In this document: positions 1 through 9,392 of the stretch, one piece after another
Layout: each line of letters begins with the position of its first letter
Position numbering within the stretch: the first letter of the stretch is position 1
Assembly (NCBI GenBank): GCA_034522715.1
Contig: JAXHLA010000001.1
Coordinates: 20,065 to 84,064, forward strand
DNA length: 64,000 bases
Reading direction: 5' to 3'
Origin: Parvularculaceae bacterium
GTDB lineage: Bacteria > Pseudomonadota > Alphaproteobacteria > Caulobacterales > Parvularculaceae
Notes under the pieces: model-generated
What the model was told of the DNA's origin: nothing
The model's input: only the letters and a program-made list of their open reading frames with translations
Database searches by the model: none
Made by a program: the position numbers and the translations under genes

Positions 1-618
1 GCCGCCCTGCAGGCGCAAGCGCGCCTCGCTGCGGTCATCGCCTCCATGGGCCGCATTGAAGATCGCTACGGGACCAAATATCCCGACTATGCTGAGGCGG
101 CGAACGAGCGCGCAGCGCTTGAGGCGAGCATTCTGCAGTCGGTGCGTGACCGCGCCGCCTATGCTGGAAACCGGCTTGCAGCGCTTGAAGCTGAAGCCCG
201 CTCGATGAAAGTAGCGCTCTCGGCGATGCAGAAAACACGCGAGCGCTACGACCTTCTTGAAGACAACGTCGTGGCCAGCCAGGAAATCTACAACCTCGTC
301 ACCACGCGCTCGCTGCAGGAAGCGATGCAGTCGCGCGTCGATACGGTTGATGTCTTCCTCCTCGCCGGGGCGACGCCGCCGGCCAAGCCGGCGACGCCGC
401 ACCCGCTGCTCATCACGCTGCTCGGCGTCATCGCGGGCGTCCTGCTCGGGGCCTCGACTTCAGTCGCGGTGGAACTCCTTGAGGGCCGGATCCGATCTTC
501 CGCCGCGCTTCGCCAGACCTTCCGTACCGGGATCGTCGTTGAAATAGCCGCATCAGCCGCAAAGAAACGAAAGAGGCGCACGATGAAGCCGCGCGCGAGC
601 CTGAAGGCCGCTGCATGA
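1..618 (+). CDS. Polysaccharide chain-length determinant (Wzz/GumC-type, EpsF-like), C-terminal part; 5' end lies outside the window
   Basis: Frame open from nt 1. A/E/R-rich coiled-coil-like segment, then Pro-rich PPAKPATPHP motif followed by a C-terminal TM helix (LLITLLGVIAGVLLGA), typical of PCP proteins. Stop overlaps the next start (ATGA at 615-618). Confidence 0.7.
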   Translation, partial: AALQAQARLAAVIASMGRIEDRYGTKYPDYAEAANERAALEASILQSVRDRAAYAGNRLAALEAEARSMKVALSAMQKTRERYDLLEDNVVASQEIYNLVTTRSLQEAMQSRVDTVDVFLLAGATPPAKPATPHPLLITLLGVIAGVLLGASTSVAVELLEGRIRSSAALRQTFRTGIVVEIAASAAKKRKRRTMKPRASLKAAA

Positions 619-1529
619 GCCCGCTCCTGAAACTCGTCGGCGCCGAACCCGAGGGGCAACCGACCGCAGAGCAGATTCTGGCCGCTGCCGAGCAAAAGCG
701 CGAGCGTGAGGGGCGCCTGCGCGATGCGCTCGTGCGGCTCGGGCGCCTCAATGAAGAAGCGGTCGAACGGATCGCCGTCCTGCAGCGTCAGTCAAATGCG
801 CCCTTCGCCAAAGCGGCGTCAAAACTTGGATTATTGACGCGCGACGATATCGAGACCGCCATCGGCTTCAATCATGGCTTCATCCGTGAGGGCGAGGGCG
901 AGGGACGTCTGCCGGCCAACCTCGTCATCGTGCGGCGACCGCAGGCGAAGGAAGCGGAACAATTTCGCGCGCTCCGCACGCGGCTGTTGACGTCGAAAGA
1001 AGGCGAGTTGATCGGATTGTTCGCGATCGCCGCCTATGGCGCGCATGAAGGGGCCGACCATATCGCGCTCAACATGGCGGCGTCCTTCGCGCAGCTCAGG
1101 AAGCGCGTCCTCATTCTCGATGCGGACCTCCGCGCGACGCGGCTGTCGCGCGCTTTCGCACTTGAGGCGGGACCTGGCCTTCGCGAAACGCTGCTCGGCG
1201 AATGCGATATCCGCCACGCGATCCGGCCGACGATCGTTTCCAATCTGAGCGTTCTGACGGCGGGCGCGCCTGACCATGACGCGCATGAGCTGTTGTCGTG
1301 CGAAGCGTTACGCCTGACGCTCGAATATCTGCGCTGCGCCTTCGATGTCGTCGTCGTCATGACGGCGCCTTTTGGCGCGGTCGCCGACGCTCAATTCGTC
1401 TGGGCCGCCGCGGAGAAAGCTTTTGTCGTCGCTCGCCGTCACGACGACCGGTTGCCGGCGTTGAAAGAACTCAACACAGGTCTGCGGCAGGTCGGCGCGA
1501 CGGTCATCGGCGCTGCGCTTGCCGGGTAG
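615..1529 (+). CDS. EpsG/BY-kinase-like P-loop ATPase partner of the chain-length determinant, with degenerate Walker A and a GspE-N/MshEN-like N-terminal module
   Basis: Walker A' (VLILDADLR) and Walker B-like (FDVVVVMTAP) are present. The expected GxxxxGK[ST] position reads AAYGAHEGAD. No C-terminal Tyr cluster. N-terminus LVRLGRLNEEAVERIAVLQRQ...KLGLLTRDDIETAIG resembles T2SSE_N. Confidence 0.65.
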   Translation: MSPLLKLVGAEPEGQPTAEQILAAAEQKREREGRLRDALVRLGRLNEEAVERIAVLQRQSNAPFAKAASKLGLLTRDDIETAIGFNHGFIREGEGEGRLPANLVIVRRPQAKEAEQFRALRTRLLTSKEGELIGLFAIAAYGAHEGADHIALNMAASFAQLRKRVLILDADLRATRLSRAFALEAGPGLRETLLGECDIRHAIRPTIVSNLSVLTAGAPDHDAHELLSCEALRLTLEYLRCAFDVVVVMTAPFGAVADAQFVWAAAEKAFVVARRHDDRLPALKELNTGLRQVGATVIGAALAG

Positions 1530-1537
1530 AAGGCCCC

Positions 1538-2422
1538 ATGTTAACGCAGGCGCTTGCCGATCGTCAGCCTCAAGACTTTCGGCGTTTCCTGCCGGGCGCC
1601 ATCTTCGCAGCCGGCTGGCTGGCGCTCTACCTTCCAGTCTACTGGGGCTTCGCCGAAGGACCTTGGCGGCGGGATGAAAACGCACATGCGCTGATCGTCA
1701 TGGCGATCGCCGCCGGCGCCGCCGGCGTGCGGCTGGCGACCGAACCCTTCGCGCTCACAAAAAAACCGGCGGAGACCCTGTTGGGCGCCGTTATTCTCCT
1801 TGGCGGCGTCGCGCTTGCAATCCTCGGCAAGATTGCAGAGGCGGAGCTTTTTGTCTCCGCGTCGCAGACGCCTGTCGCGCTTGGCGCCGCGCTCGCTCAC
1901 TTCGGATGGGCGGGCGTCAAGCGGCTGTGGTTTTCGATTGCGCTGACGCTTTATCTGATCATCTGGCCGGGCTGGTTGCTTGATGCGCTGACAGGCCCGC
2001 TGAAAATCGCCGTGTCGCAAGCTGTGTCGACGGCGCTTTATGCCGCCGGCCTTCCCGTCGCGCATGCCGGCGCCGTCATTTCAGCGGGTCCTTATCAGCT
2101 CCTGATCGCGGACGCCTGTGCGGGCTTGAATTCACTGATCGCGCTGACAGCGGTCGGCGCCGTCTACCTCTATGCGGTCAAGCACGCTGATTGGCGCGTC
2201 AACGCTGTCGTCCTTGTCTCGCTCATTCCGATCGCCATTCTCGCCAATATCGCGCGCGTGACTTTGCTTGTTCTCATCACCTATTTTCTCGGCTTCGACG
2301 CGGGGCAAGGCTTCCTGCATGACGGGGCGGGCCTGTTGATGTTCGCGATTGCGCTCGCGCTCGTCTTCGCTGTCGATGGCCTCGCCGCGGCTATCTTCTT
2401 TCGCCGGAGGCGCCGGTCATGA
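1538..2422 (+). CDS. Exosortase (EpsH/Xrt family transpeptidase)
   Basis: Polytopic membrane protein with the exosortase signature residues: DACAGLNS (catalytic Cys), ANIARV (Arg), FLHDGAG (His). ATG at 1538 is in the same frame as track ORF 1298..2422; the Arg-rich upstream extension overlaps the previous gene and was rejected. Confidence 0.85.
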   Translation: MLTQALADRQPQDFRRFLPGAIFAAGWLALYLPVYWGFAEGPWRRDENAHALIVMAIAAGAAGVRLATEPFALTKKPAETLLGAVILLGGVALAILGKIAEAELFVSASQTPVALGAALAHFGWAGVKRLWFSIALTLYLIIWPGWLLDALTGPLKIAVSQAVSTALYAAGLPVAHAGAVISAGPYQLLIADACAGLNSLIALTAVGAVYLYAVKHADWRVNAVVLVSLIPIAILANIARVTLLVLITYFLGFDAGQGFLHDGAGLLMFAIALALVFAVDGLAAAIFFRRRRRS

Positions 2423-3129
2423 CAGCGCTGCGCCGGTCGCTGTTCGTCGCGCTTTTGATGGCGCTCGCCGGCGCGGCGAGCGGGGCCGTCGCGCCGCGCG
2501 CGCTAGCGCCCGCCACGGCGCCCGATCTTGACGCCCTTCTCCCCGAAGCGTTCGGGCCCTGGCGGCGCATGACACTCGCTGACGTCGTGCTGCCGCCCGA
2601 ATCGACGCTGGGTCCCGGCGAGGCGGTCGCCTATCGCGCCTATCGCGACGATCTTGGCCGAGTCGTCACGCTGGTGGCGGCCTATGGTCCCCCGCTCGGG
2701 GATTCGGTGCGACTTCATCGGCCGGAGACGTGCTACGGCGCGCAAGGCTTTGCGATCAATGCGCGCAGCATCGGCGCGGCCGGGGCGATCCCGGTCGTCA
2801 ATCTCGATGCGCAAAGTCCCGCGCGGCGCGAAGCCGTCACCTACTGGCTGCGCGAAGGGGCCCAGTTCTCCGTTCGCGCCGCGGACTCGCAATGGAACCG
2901 CCTTTTTCGCGGCGCCGGCGCCGCGGCGGACGGCGCGCTGGTGCGTGTTTCAACGATCAGCGCCGACCGCCCGCAATTCGATCTGCACAAGGAGTTTCTG
3001 GAGGACTTCACGGCGGCGCTGCCGCAGGAGGGCCGGCGTTTGCTGCTGGGTCGCGAGATCAGCCCTCAAGCTGGCCTTCCCCTCTCTCGTGAGAGACAGG
3101 CGCAAGGGGTCGCGGGCGCGGCGCCATGA
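2419..3129 (+). CDS. EpsI family exosortase-associated protein
   Basis: ATGA overlap with the exosortase stop. Signal/anchor peptide, then HRPETCYGAQGF and YWL...RVS segments as in EpsI (methanolan-type) proteins. Position immediately after the exosortase. Confidence 0.75.
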   Translation: MTALRRSLFVALLMALAGAASGAVAPRALAPATAPDLDALLPEAFGPWRRMTLADVVLPPESTLGPGEAVAYRAYRDDLGRVVTLVAAYGPPLGDSVRLHRPETCYGAQGFAINARSIGAAGAIPVVNLDAQSPARREAVTYWLREGAQFSVRAADSQWNRLFRGAGAAADGALVRVSTISADRPQFDLHKEFLEDFTAALPQEGRRLLLGREISPQAGLPLSRERQAQGVAGAAP

Positions 3130-4154
3130 TCCCATCCGCGCGGTTCGGGGCCGTCATCGTCAATTACCGCTGCGCCTCGCTCGCGCTAGACGCCGCCTTG
3201 AGTTTTCTCGGGGACGGCGGCGCGAAAGCGATCATCGTCGATAACGCGTCAGACGATGGCTCGGCCGAGTTGATTGAGGATGTGATCGCCGGGGTGCGAA
3301 CGCACGCGCCGCAGCCGCCGCCCGACCCCCTTGAGGACCGCGCCGTGCGGTTCGCCGACCCGGCGCAGCTTGCGCGCGGGCGCTTGGTGTTGATCCGCGC
3401 CAAGGCGAATGGCGGTTTTGCGGCAGGGTGCAATATCGGGCTGCGGGCGCTGTCGAGCGGTGTCGGCATTGATCGCTTCCTTCTGCTCAACCCTGACGCC
3501 CTGCTCGCTGAGGGCGCGCTGGCGGCGTTCGCCGAGCGGCTGAACGAGGACGGCGCAGGTCTTTGCGGCGCGAGTGTCGTTGCATTCGACGCCCCCCATG
3601 CCGTCCAAGCTTTCGGCGGTGCAGCGTTCGACGGCCTGCTCCTCACAGGCAGGAATATCGGCGAAGGCCTCGCGCTCGCCGATCGCCCCGACCGGCGCAG
3701 CGTCGAGGCGCGCCTTGATTATCCGCTCGGCGCCGCGATCGCGCTGCGCAAGGATTATCTCTCCCGCGCCGGCTATCTCGATGAACGATACTTTCTCTAC
3801 TATGAGGAGATCGACTGGGCGCGCGCGGGCGGCGACGCCCACCCCCCGGTCTGGGCGCCGGACGCGGTCGTCTATCATCGCTACGGGGCGGCCTCGAAGT
3901 CAAAGCGCGCGGCGGCCGGCGCGCCGTCCGCGCGCTCGGCGCTTTCCGACTATCACATGACGCGCTCGCGCGTCCTCTACGCCGCGAAATGGCGCCCGCC
4001 CCTTGCCCCGCTTGCGATGCTCGCGGGAACGGCTCAGGCCGCGCGCCGTTACCTGCGCGGGCGCGCCGAAAACGGCGCGGCGGTCCTCCGGGCGAGCCTG
4101 CCGGCCGCGCCTCGGCGCTATCCGTTCGCCATAACAGCGCATACGGATGAATAG
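3126..4154 (+). CDS. Glycosyltransferase family 2
   Basis: ATGA overlap with epsI. N-terminal GT-A signature VIVNYR...IIVDNASDDGS, then LNPDA and FLYYEEIDW motifs. Confidence 0.8.
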   Translation: MIPSARFGAVIVNYRCASLALDAALSFLGDGGAKAIIVDNASDDGSAELIEDVIAGVRTHAPQPPPDPLEDRAVRFADPAQLARGRLVLIRAKANGGFAAGCNIGLRALSSGVGIDRFLLLNPDALLAEGALAAFAERLNEDGAGLCGASVVAFDAPHAVQAFGGAAFDGLLLTGRNIGEGLALADRPDRRSVEARLDYPLGAAIALRKDYLSRAGYLDERYFLYYEEIDWARAGGDAHPPVWAPDAVVYHRYGAASKSKRAAAGAPSARSALSDYHMTRSRVLYAAKWRPPLAPLAMLAGTAQAARRYLRGRAENGAAVLRASLPAAPRRYPFAITAHTDE

Positions 4155-4209
4155 CGGCGCCGGGCCCTCGTTTGTCTTCGCCCACGACCCCTGATAGGCA
4201 CCAGACCCG

Positions 4210-5598
4210 ATGCAGGATAGCGCGCCGCAACAGCCCCAATCGACGCCGCCAGCCGCCGACGACACGGCGCTCGACGATTTCCTGGGCGCGGGCGATTTCG
4301 GCGACCGGCTGGCGCGCGGCGCCGAGTGGCTCGGGCTCCAGCTTTCATCGGTCAATGTCAGCATCCAGGCGGCGATCATCGCTGTCTCGCTGATCCCGGC
4401 GGCGATTTTCGGCTCGCAGATCCGCAAGCTCATCATCGCGCAAATCGCGCCGCGCGCGCCCTATGGCGTGCTCCGGCGAGCCGCGAACGCCTTTGCCCAT
4501 ATCGCGCTGCCGATTGCGCTTTATCTTATCTGGCTGGCGGCGAGCGTCATCCTTGACGCGCTTGGTCGCCCGAATGGCGTCCTTGACGCCGCCATCAGTC
4601 TTCTTCTCGCCTGGATCGTCATCCGGCTTGTCACGCTCGTCATCCGATCGCCGTTCTGGTCGCGCGTCGCGTTTTATATCGCCTGGCCGGTGGCGGCGCT
4701 CGATGCGTTCGGTCTCCTCGACGACACGATTCGCGCGCTCGACACGCTATCGGTGCCGCTCGGAAGAAATGCTGACGGCACGCCCGGATCCTTCAGCGCG
4801 TTCGATTTCATCCGCGTCATCATTCTGCTGCTGGTGCTCTTCTGGATCGCCAGCGCGCTGAGCCGGTTCCTGAAAGCGCGCATCGCCCAGAGCACGGATC
4901 TGACGCCGTCGTTCCAGACCCTGCTCGTCAAGATCCTCGATATCGTTCTCCCGGCGACAGCTTTCCTGGTCGCCTTGCAGATGGTCGGCTTCAACTTCGC
5001 GACGCTGGCGATCTTCGGCGGCGCGATGGGGCTCGCCATCGGATTCGGCATGCAGAAGACTGTGTCGAACTTCTTCGCCGGCTTCACGCTCGTTGCGGAA
5101 AAGTCGATCAAGCCCGGCGATGTGGTCGAGGTCGGGCAGACATTCGGCTGGGTGACGGAAATGACGGCGCGGTACGTCACCATCCGCACGCGCGACGGCA
5201 AGGCGCACCTTATTCCCAACGACCGCTTCATTGATGAAGGCGTCATCAACTGGAGCCATGCGGACCGCATTGTCCGGCTGCATGCCCAGTTCGGCGTCGC
5301 CTACACGACTGCGGACCTGCGCGCCGTGAAGAAGGCGGCGGAGGAGACCGCCATCAGCGTCGAGCGGGTCCTCAAGACTCCCGGGCCGATGTGCAATCTC
5401 GTTGAATTCGGCGACAGCCGGGTGACGTTTGACCTGCGCTTCTGGATCAACGACCCGACAAATGGCGTCGCCAACGTGACGAGCCAGGTGATGCTCGCCT
5501 TGTGGGATCGCCTGAAAGAGATGGGCGTCGATATGCCCTACCCCCAACGGGACCTGCATATTCGTTCGATGCCACAAGGCTTTCCCACGCAATCCTGA
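4210..5598 (+). CDS. Mechanosensitive ion channel (MscS family)
   Basis: Multiple N-terminal TM helices, then the MscS core FFAGFTLVAEKSIKPGDVVEV...GWVTEMTARYVTIRTRDGKAHLIPN. Confidence 0.85.
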   Translation: MQDSAPQQPQSTPPAADDTALDDFLGAGDFGDRLARGAEWLGLQLSSVNVSIQAAIIAVSLIPAAIFGSQIRKLIIAQIAPRAPYGVLRRAANAFAHIALPIALYLIWLAASVILDALGRPNGVLDAAISLLLAWIVIRLVTLVIRSPFWSRVAFYIAWPVAALDAFGLLDDTIRALDTLSVPLGRNADGTPGSFSAFDFIRVIILLLVLFWIASALSRFLKARIAQSTDLTPSFQTLLVKILDIVLPATAFLVALQMVGFNFATLAIFGGAMGLAIGFGMQKTVSNFFAGFTLVAEKSIKPGDVVEVGQTFGWVTEMTARYVTIRTRDGKAHLIPNDRFIDEGVINWSHADRIVRLHAQFGVAYTTADLRAVKKAAEETAISVERVLKTPGPMCNLVEFGDSRVTFDLRFWINDPTNGVANVTSQVMLALWDRLKEMGVDMPYPQRDLHIRSMPQGFPTQS

Positions 5599-5714
5599 TC
5601 GTGGTTGGCGGTTGGCCTCCCTTTTTTGCGGGCGCTGGCATGCCTATAGTATCAGTCTTTGGTGGCCTCGCGCCGCCGTTTGGCTGGGGCCAACGAAGGG
5701 GTAGAGGAAAGTTT

Positions 5715-6278
5715 ATGAAGCGCACTTTGGTTTTGGCGGCGATGGCCGCTCTGTCGCTGGCGGCGTGCGCCACGTCGACGCCCTACGGCCCGGCGACGGG
5801 CAAGAACCCTTATGGGTTCTCGGACCAGAAGATCGAGGACAACCGCTATCGCATCGTCTTTCGGGGCAATTCCTCGACAGAGCGCGAAGCCGTTGAAACC
5901 TATCTTCTCTATCGCGCCGCGGAACTGACGCTCCAGAACGGCTTTGACTATTTCGTCGTGACCGAACAGGACACCGAAGCGAGCCGGCGCTATTCGACAA
6001 CTGGAAACGCGGCCTTCTTCGGCCGCTATGGCTATGGCTACGGGTTCGGCCCCTATTATGGCGCGTTTCCCTATTACGCCTACGGCTTCGGCTGGGGCGC
6101 GCCCTTTGGTCCAGGGTTCAATGATTTCAACACGCGCGAGATCACGCGCTATTCCGCGCTGGCCTTTATTTCGATGTTCAAGGGCAAGAAGCCGGCGGAC
6201 GATCCGCAGGCGTTCGACGCCCGCTCGGTCGTTGAAAATCTGCGGAGTTTAGTCGTCGCTCCGCCGGACGCCCAGTAA
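5715..6278 (+). CDS. Lipoprotein (resembles the CC0125/CC1285 lipoprotein family) with a Gly/Tyr/Phe-rich segment
   Basis: GGAAAG RBS upstream of ATG 5715. Lipobox LSLAAC. Motif NRYRIVFRGNSSTEREAVETYLLYRAAELT. Low-complexity GRYGYGYGFGPYYGAFPYYAYGFGWG. Confidence 0.75.
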   Translation: MKRTLVLAAMAALSLAACATSTPYGPATGKNPYGFSDQKIEDNRYRIVFRGNSSTEREAVETYLLYRAAELTLQNGFDYFVVTEQDTEASRRYSTTGNAAFFGRYGYGYGFGPYYGAFPYYAYGFGWGAPFGPGFNDFNTREITRYSALAFISMFKGKKPADDPQAFDARSVVENLRSLVVAPPDAQ

Positions 6279-6297
6279 CCGTTAGATCGCGTAAGCG

Positions 6298-6975
6298 TCA
6301 GACAGCGCGCAATTTCGGCTGGCGCGCGTCAGGTGCGCCCGCCGATTGGGCGGCACGCTCGTACAGTGCGACGAAACCGCGCGCCGTATGGCGCAACACG
6401 ATGGCTTTTTGCCGGCCGACATGAATGGCGGATCCAACGGCGGGTTTGCGGGGCGCTTCGACCGAGACGCCGTCAACCGACATATCAAGAATGCGCACGA
6501 ACAGCGATCCGCCATCCGGCAAGCGGCAGGTCATGCGCTGCTCGGCGCCCTGATGGCGCGGGGCGGCGCGGCGGTCGGCGAGGCCGGCAGCAAGAGGTCC
6601 GTTCGCCTTCAGCATCAATTGTTCAGTCAGAAGCTGGCGGCGCCGGCGCGACAACAGGAACGACAAGGCGAACCCGTCCGGGAAAGCGCGGACAATGCGG
6701 CCCTCAATGACGTCGAGCCCGCTGACATAAATGACGGCGGCGTCGCCCTTGGCGATTTTCCCGTTTACCTTGACGGCGAGGTCGCCTGGCGAAATATTGA
6801 CGAGCTGACCATCATATTCGTCGATCCCGTTGACGATGATGCGCGCCGGAAGGTCAAGCGCTACGCGCTTGAAACGCCGCTGTTCGGCCTTGTTCGAATT
6901 CTTCGACAACACGGAACTGACACCCACAAGGTCACCTGACCGCCCCCGCAATGCAGGATAGGCGCCGACGCTCAA
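6298..6975 (-). CDS. Tandem PilZ-domain protein (start uncertain; GTG at 6927 with AGGTGA upstream is the best candidate)
   Basis: Two PilZ-like units: RRFKRV...NISPGDLAV and RAAPRH...DMSVDGVSV. Codon 6975 is TTG and there is no ATG upstream of the first domain. Confidence 0.7.
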   Translation of the reverse strand: MSVGAYPALRGRSGDLVGVSSVLSKNSNKAEQRRFKRVALDLPARIIVNGIDEYDGQLVNISPGDLAVKVNGKIAKGDAAVIYVSGLDVIEGRIVRAFPDGFALSFLLSRRRRQLLTEQLMLKANGPLAAGLADRRAAPRHQGAEQRMTCRLPDGGSLFVRILDMSVDGVSVEAPRKPAVGSAIHVGRQKAIVLRHTARGFVALYERAAQSAGAPDARQPKLRAV

Positions 6976-7117
6976 ACCTTTGCTAAGCGCCTGTCTAAAA
7001 CTTTAGACGATGGGCTATCGATCGGCGGCCAGCCGTTTTGACAGGCGGGCGATCATGGTTAACCCTTTCGACTGGGCGGGCGCGCGCCTCGCGCGGCGAC
7101 AAGCAAGGAATACTGAC

Positions 7118-9211
7118 ATGAGAATGGTGACAGGCGCGGCGACGGCCCTGTGGGCAGCCCTTTCGATGAGCGCGGCTGCCGATCCCTATCTCTGGCTCGA
7201 AGAGGTCGAGGGAGAAAAGGCGATCGAATGGGTAAAGGCGAGGAACGCCGAAAGCCTTGCGGTCCTCGAAGCTGACCCCCGCTTTCAGCCGATGGTTGAG
7301 GAAGCCAAGGCCATTCTCAATTCGACGGCGCGCATCCCCTATGGCGAGATCCACAACGGCAAGGTGTACAATTTCTGGCAGGACGCGAGTCATGTGCGCG
7401 GGCTGTGGCGGCGGGCGAGCATCAAGAGCTACAAGCGCGGCGCGCCCGAATGGGAGACCGTGCTCGACTTCGACAAGCTTGCAGCGGACGAGGGGCGCAA
7501 CTGGATTCACGGCGATATCGCCTGCCTGTCGCCGGACTATGTTCATTGCATGGTCGAGCTTTCCGACGGCGGCAAGGACGCCGCCTTCTGGCGCGAATTC
7601 GACACATCGACAAAATCCTTCGTGGACGGAGGGTTCATGCTTGGTGAAGCGAAATCCGGCGTCGCCTGGATCGACAAGGACACCCTTCTCGCCGGAACGG
7701 ACACCGGCGCGGGCTCGCTGACGGCGTCCGGCTATCCGCGATTGACGCGCGTGTGGAAGCGGGGAGAGGCCCTCGCGGCGTCGCCGGCGTTCGCCGAAGG
7801 CAAGGATAGCGACGTCGCGGTCTGGGGCCGGGTCGAGCATGACGGCGGGATTGCGCATGTCTTCGCGCAGCGTGCGGTGAGCTTTTTCGAGACCGAATAT
7901 GACTACGCAGCGGGTCCGGCTGGCGAAAAGAGGACGCTTCCGCTTCCGAGGAATGCTGACTTGCAGGGCGTTCTGGGCGGGCGTGCGATCTTCGGCCTGC
8001 GCGAGGCGTGGACCCATCAGGGCACTGACTATCCACAAGGCGCGATCGTCGCCTATGACCTTGCCGGCGGCGGCGCCGAGCTGGTGATGGCGGCGGCGGC
8101 CAATCAGTCGATCGAAGATGTCGAGATCGGGAAGTCCAATCTCGTCGTGCAATATCTTGAAGATGTCTCGGGAAAGCTCGCGCGGCTGACGCGCGACAAG
8201 CGCGGCAACTGGAAGCGCAAGGAAATCGCCGCGCCGGAGAACGGCACGCTCGGGCTCGTGTCCGGCGGCGGCGGAACGGACGATGCGCTCATTTCCTATG
8301 AGAGCCTGACGACCCCGGATTCGATCTTTTGGGTGAACGGCAAGAACAAGCTGACGAAGATCGCGTCGGCGCCTTCCTATTTTGACGCCTCCGACGTCAT
8401 CGTCGAGCAGCGCTTTGCTACGTCGAAAGACGGAACGAAGGTCCCCTTTTACGTCATGGCGAAGAAGGACGTGCTGGCGGCCGGGAATGCGCCGACAGTT
8501 CAATACGGGTACGGAGGGTTTCTGGCCGCGACCCTGCCGACCTATTACGCCGATCCCGGCCGCCCGCAGCATGGCGCGCTTGCCGGCAAGATGTGGGTCA
8601 GCCGCGGCGGCGTTCTCGTGCTCTCCAACATTCGCGGGGGCTCCGAATACGGGCCGAAATGGCACGAAGCGGCGCTGAAGGAAAACCGCCAGCGCTCCTT
8701 CGACGATTTCATCGCCATCTCGGAGCATCTCATCGAAACAGGCGTGACGACGCCGCAGAAGCTTGGCGCGGTCGGCCGTTCAAATGGCGGGCTTTTGATG
8801 GGCGCCGTTTTGACACAGCGCCCGGAGCTTTACGGCGCGCTTGATATCGGCGTGCCGCTCCTCGACATGGAACGGTATAATAAGCTTCTCGCCGGCGCCT
8901 CGTGGATGGGCGAATATGGCGATCCCGACAAGCCGGAGGAGTGGGCGTATATCAGTCAGTACTCGCCCTATCAGAAGCTCGAAGCGGGCAAGCCCTATCC
9001 GAAGGTCTTCTTCTATACATCGACAAAAGACGACCGCGTGCATCCCGGCCATGCGCGCAAGGCGGTCGCGAAAATGACGGCGCTCGGCTATCCGGTGCTC
9101 TATTACGAAAACATCGAAGGCGGCCACGGCGGCACGGCGAACCAGGACCAGCTCGCTTATCGGACGGCGCTTGAATACGCCTACTTCGCGCATCGGCTGA
9201 TGGGGGAGTGA
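7118..9211 (+). CDS. Prolyl oligopeptidase family serine peptidase (S9A), secreted
   Basis: AAGGAA RBS 8 nt before ATG 7118. Signal peptide ending SAAADPYLWLEE. Beta-propeller region, then catalytic GRSNGGLL (Ser), a conserved Asp and GGHGG (His). Confidence 0.9.
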   Translation: MRMVTGAATALWAALSMSAAADPYLWLEEVEGEKAIEWVKARNAESLAVLEADPRFQPMVEEAKAILNSTARIPYGEIHNGKVYNFWQDASHVRGLWRRASIKSYKRGAPEWETVLDFDKLAADEGRNWIHGDIACLSPDYVHCMVELSDGGKDAAFWREFDTSTKSFVDGGFMLGEAKSGVAWIDKDTLLAGTDTGAGSLTASGYPRLTRVWKRGEALAASPAFAEGKDSDVAVWGRVEHDGGIAHVFAQRAVSFFETEYDYAAGPAGEKRTLPLPRNADLQGVLGGRAIFGLREAWTHQGTDYPQGAIVAYDLAGGGAELVMAAAANQSIEDVEIGKSNLVVQYLEDVSGKLARLTRDKRGNWKRKEIAAPENGTLGLVSGGGGTDDALISYESLTTPDSIFWVNGKNKLTKIASAPSYFDASDVIVEQRFATSKDGTKVPFYVMAKKDVLAAGNAPTVQYGYGGFLAATLPTYYADPGRPQHGALAGKMWVSRGGVLVLSNIRGGSEYGPKWHEAALKENRQRSFDDFIAISEHLIETGVTTPQKLGAVGRSNGGLLMGAVLTQRPELYGALDIGVPLLDMERYNKLLAGASWMGEYGDPDKPEEWAYISQYSPYQKLEAGKPYPKVFFYTSTKDDRVHPGHARKAVAKMTALGYPVLYYENIEGGHGGTANQDQLAYRTALEYAYFAHRLMGE

Positions 9212-9245
9212 GGCGCCATCCAGCGCGATCAGCGCACGGCGTGAC

Positions 9246-9288
9246 CATCCTTCGTGACGCGCGCGAAGATGCGCGCTCCTCAGGATGA
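9246..9288. repeat. Solo half-copy of the palindromic intergenic repeat found at 15413-15519
   Basis: catccttcgtgacgcgcgcgaagatgcgcgctcctcaggatga is nearly identical to the left arm at 15415-15459. Confidence 0.7.
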
Positions 9289-9392
9289 GTCGCGGCAACC
9301 GCTTTTGCGCGATCGAGAAATCGCGGGCGGGTTGATTATCCGCCCTCAATCGTCAGAATTGACGGCGAGGATGCGTGAGGGATGGGTTGCTG

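Noticed and set aside
1298-1537. N-terminal 80-codon extension of the exosortase ORF.
   Set aside because: The extension is Arg-rich and overlaps the 3' end of the preceding gene in another frame. ATG 1538 gives a normal exosortase N-terminus 9 nt after the upstream stop.
6995-8728. 577-aa ORF on the - strand.
   Set aside because: It is fully antisense to the well-supported prolyl oligopeptidase gene. Its translation is Arg/Gly/Ala/Pro-rich with no motifs. This is a typical high-GC antisense artefact.
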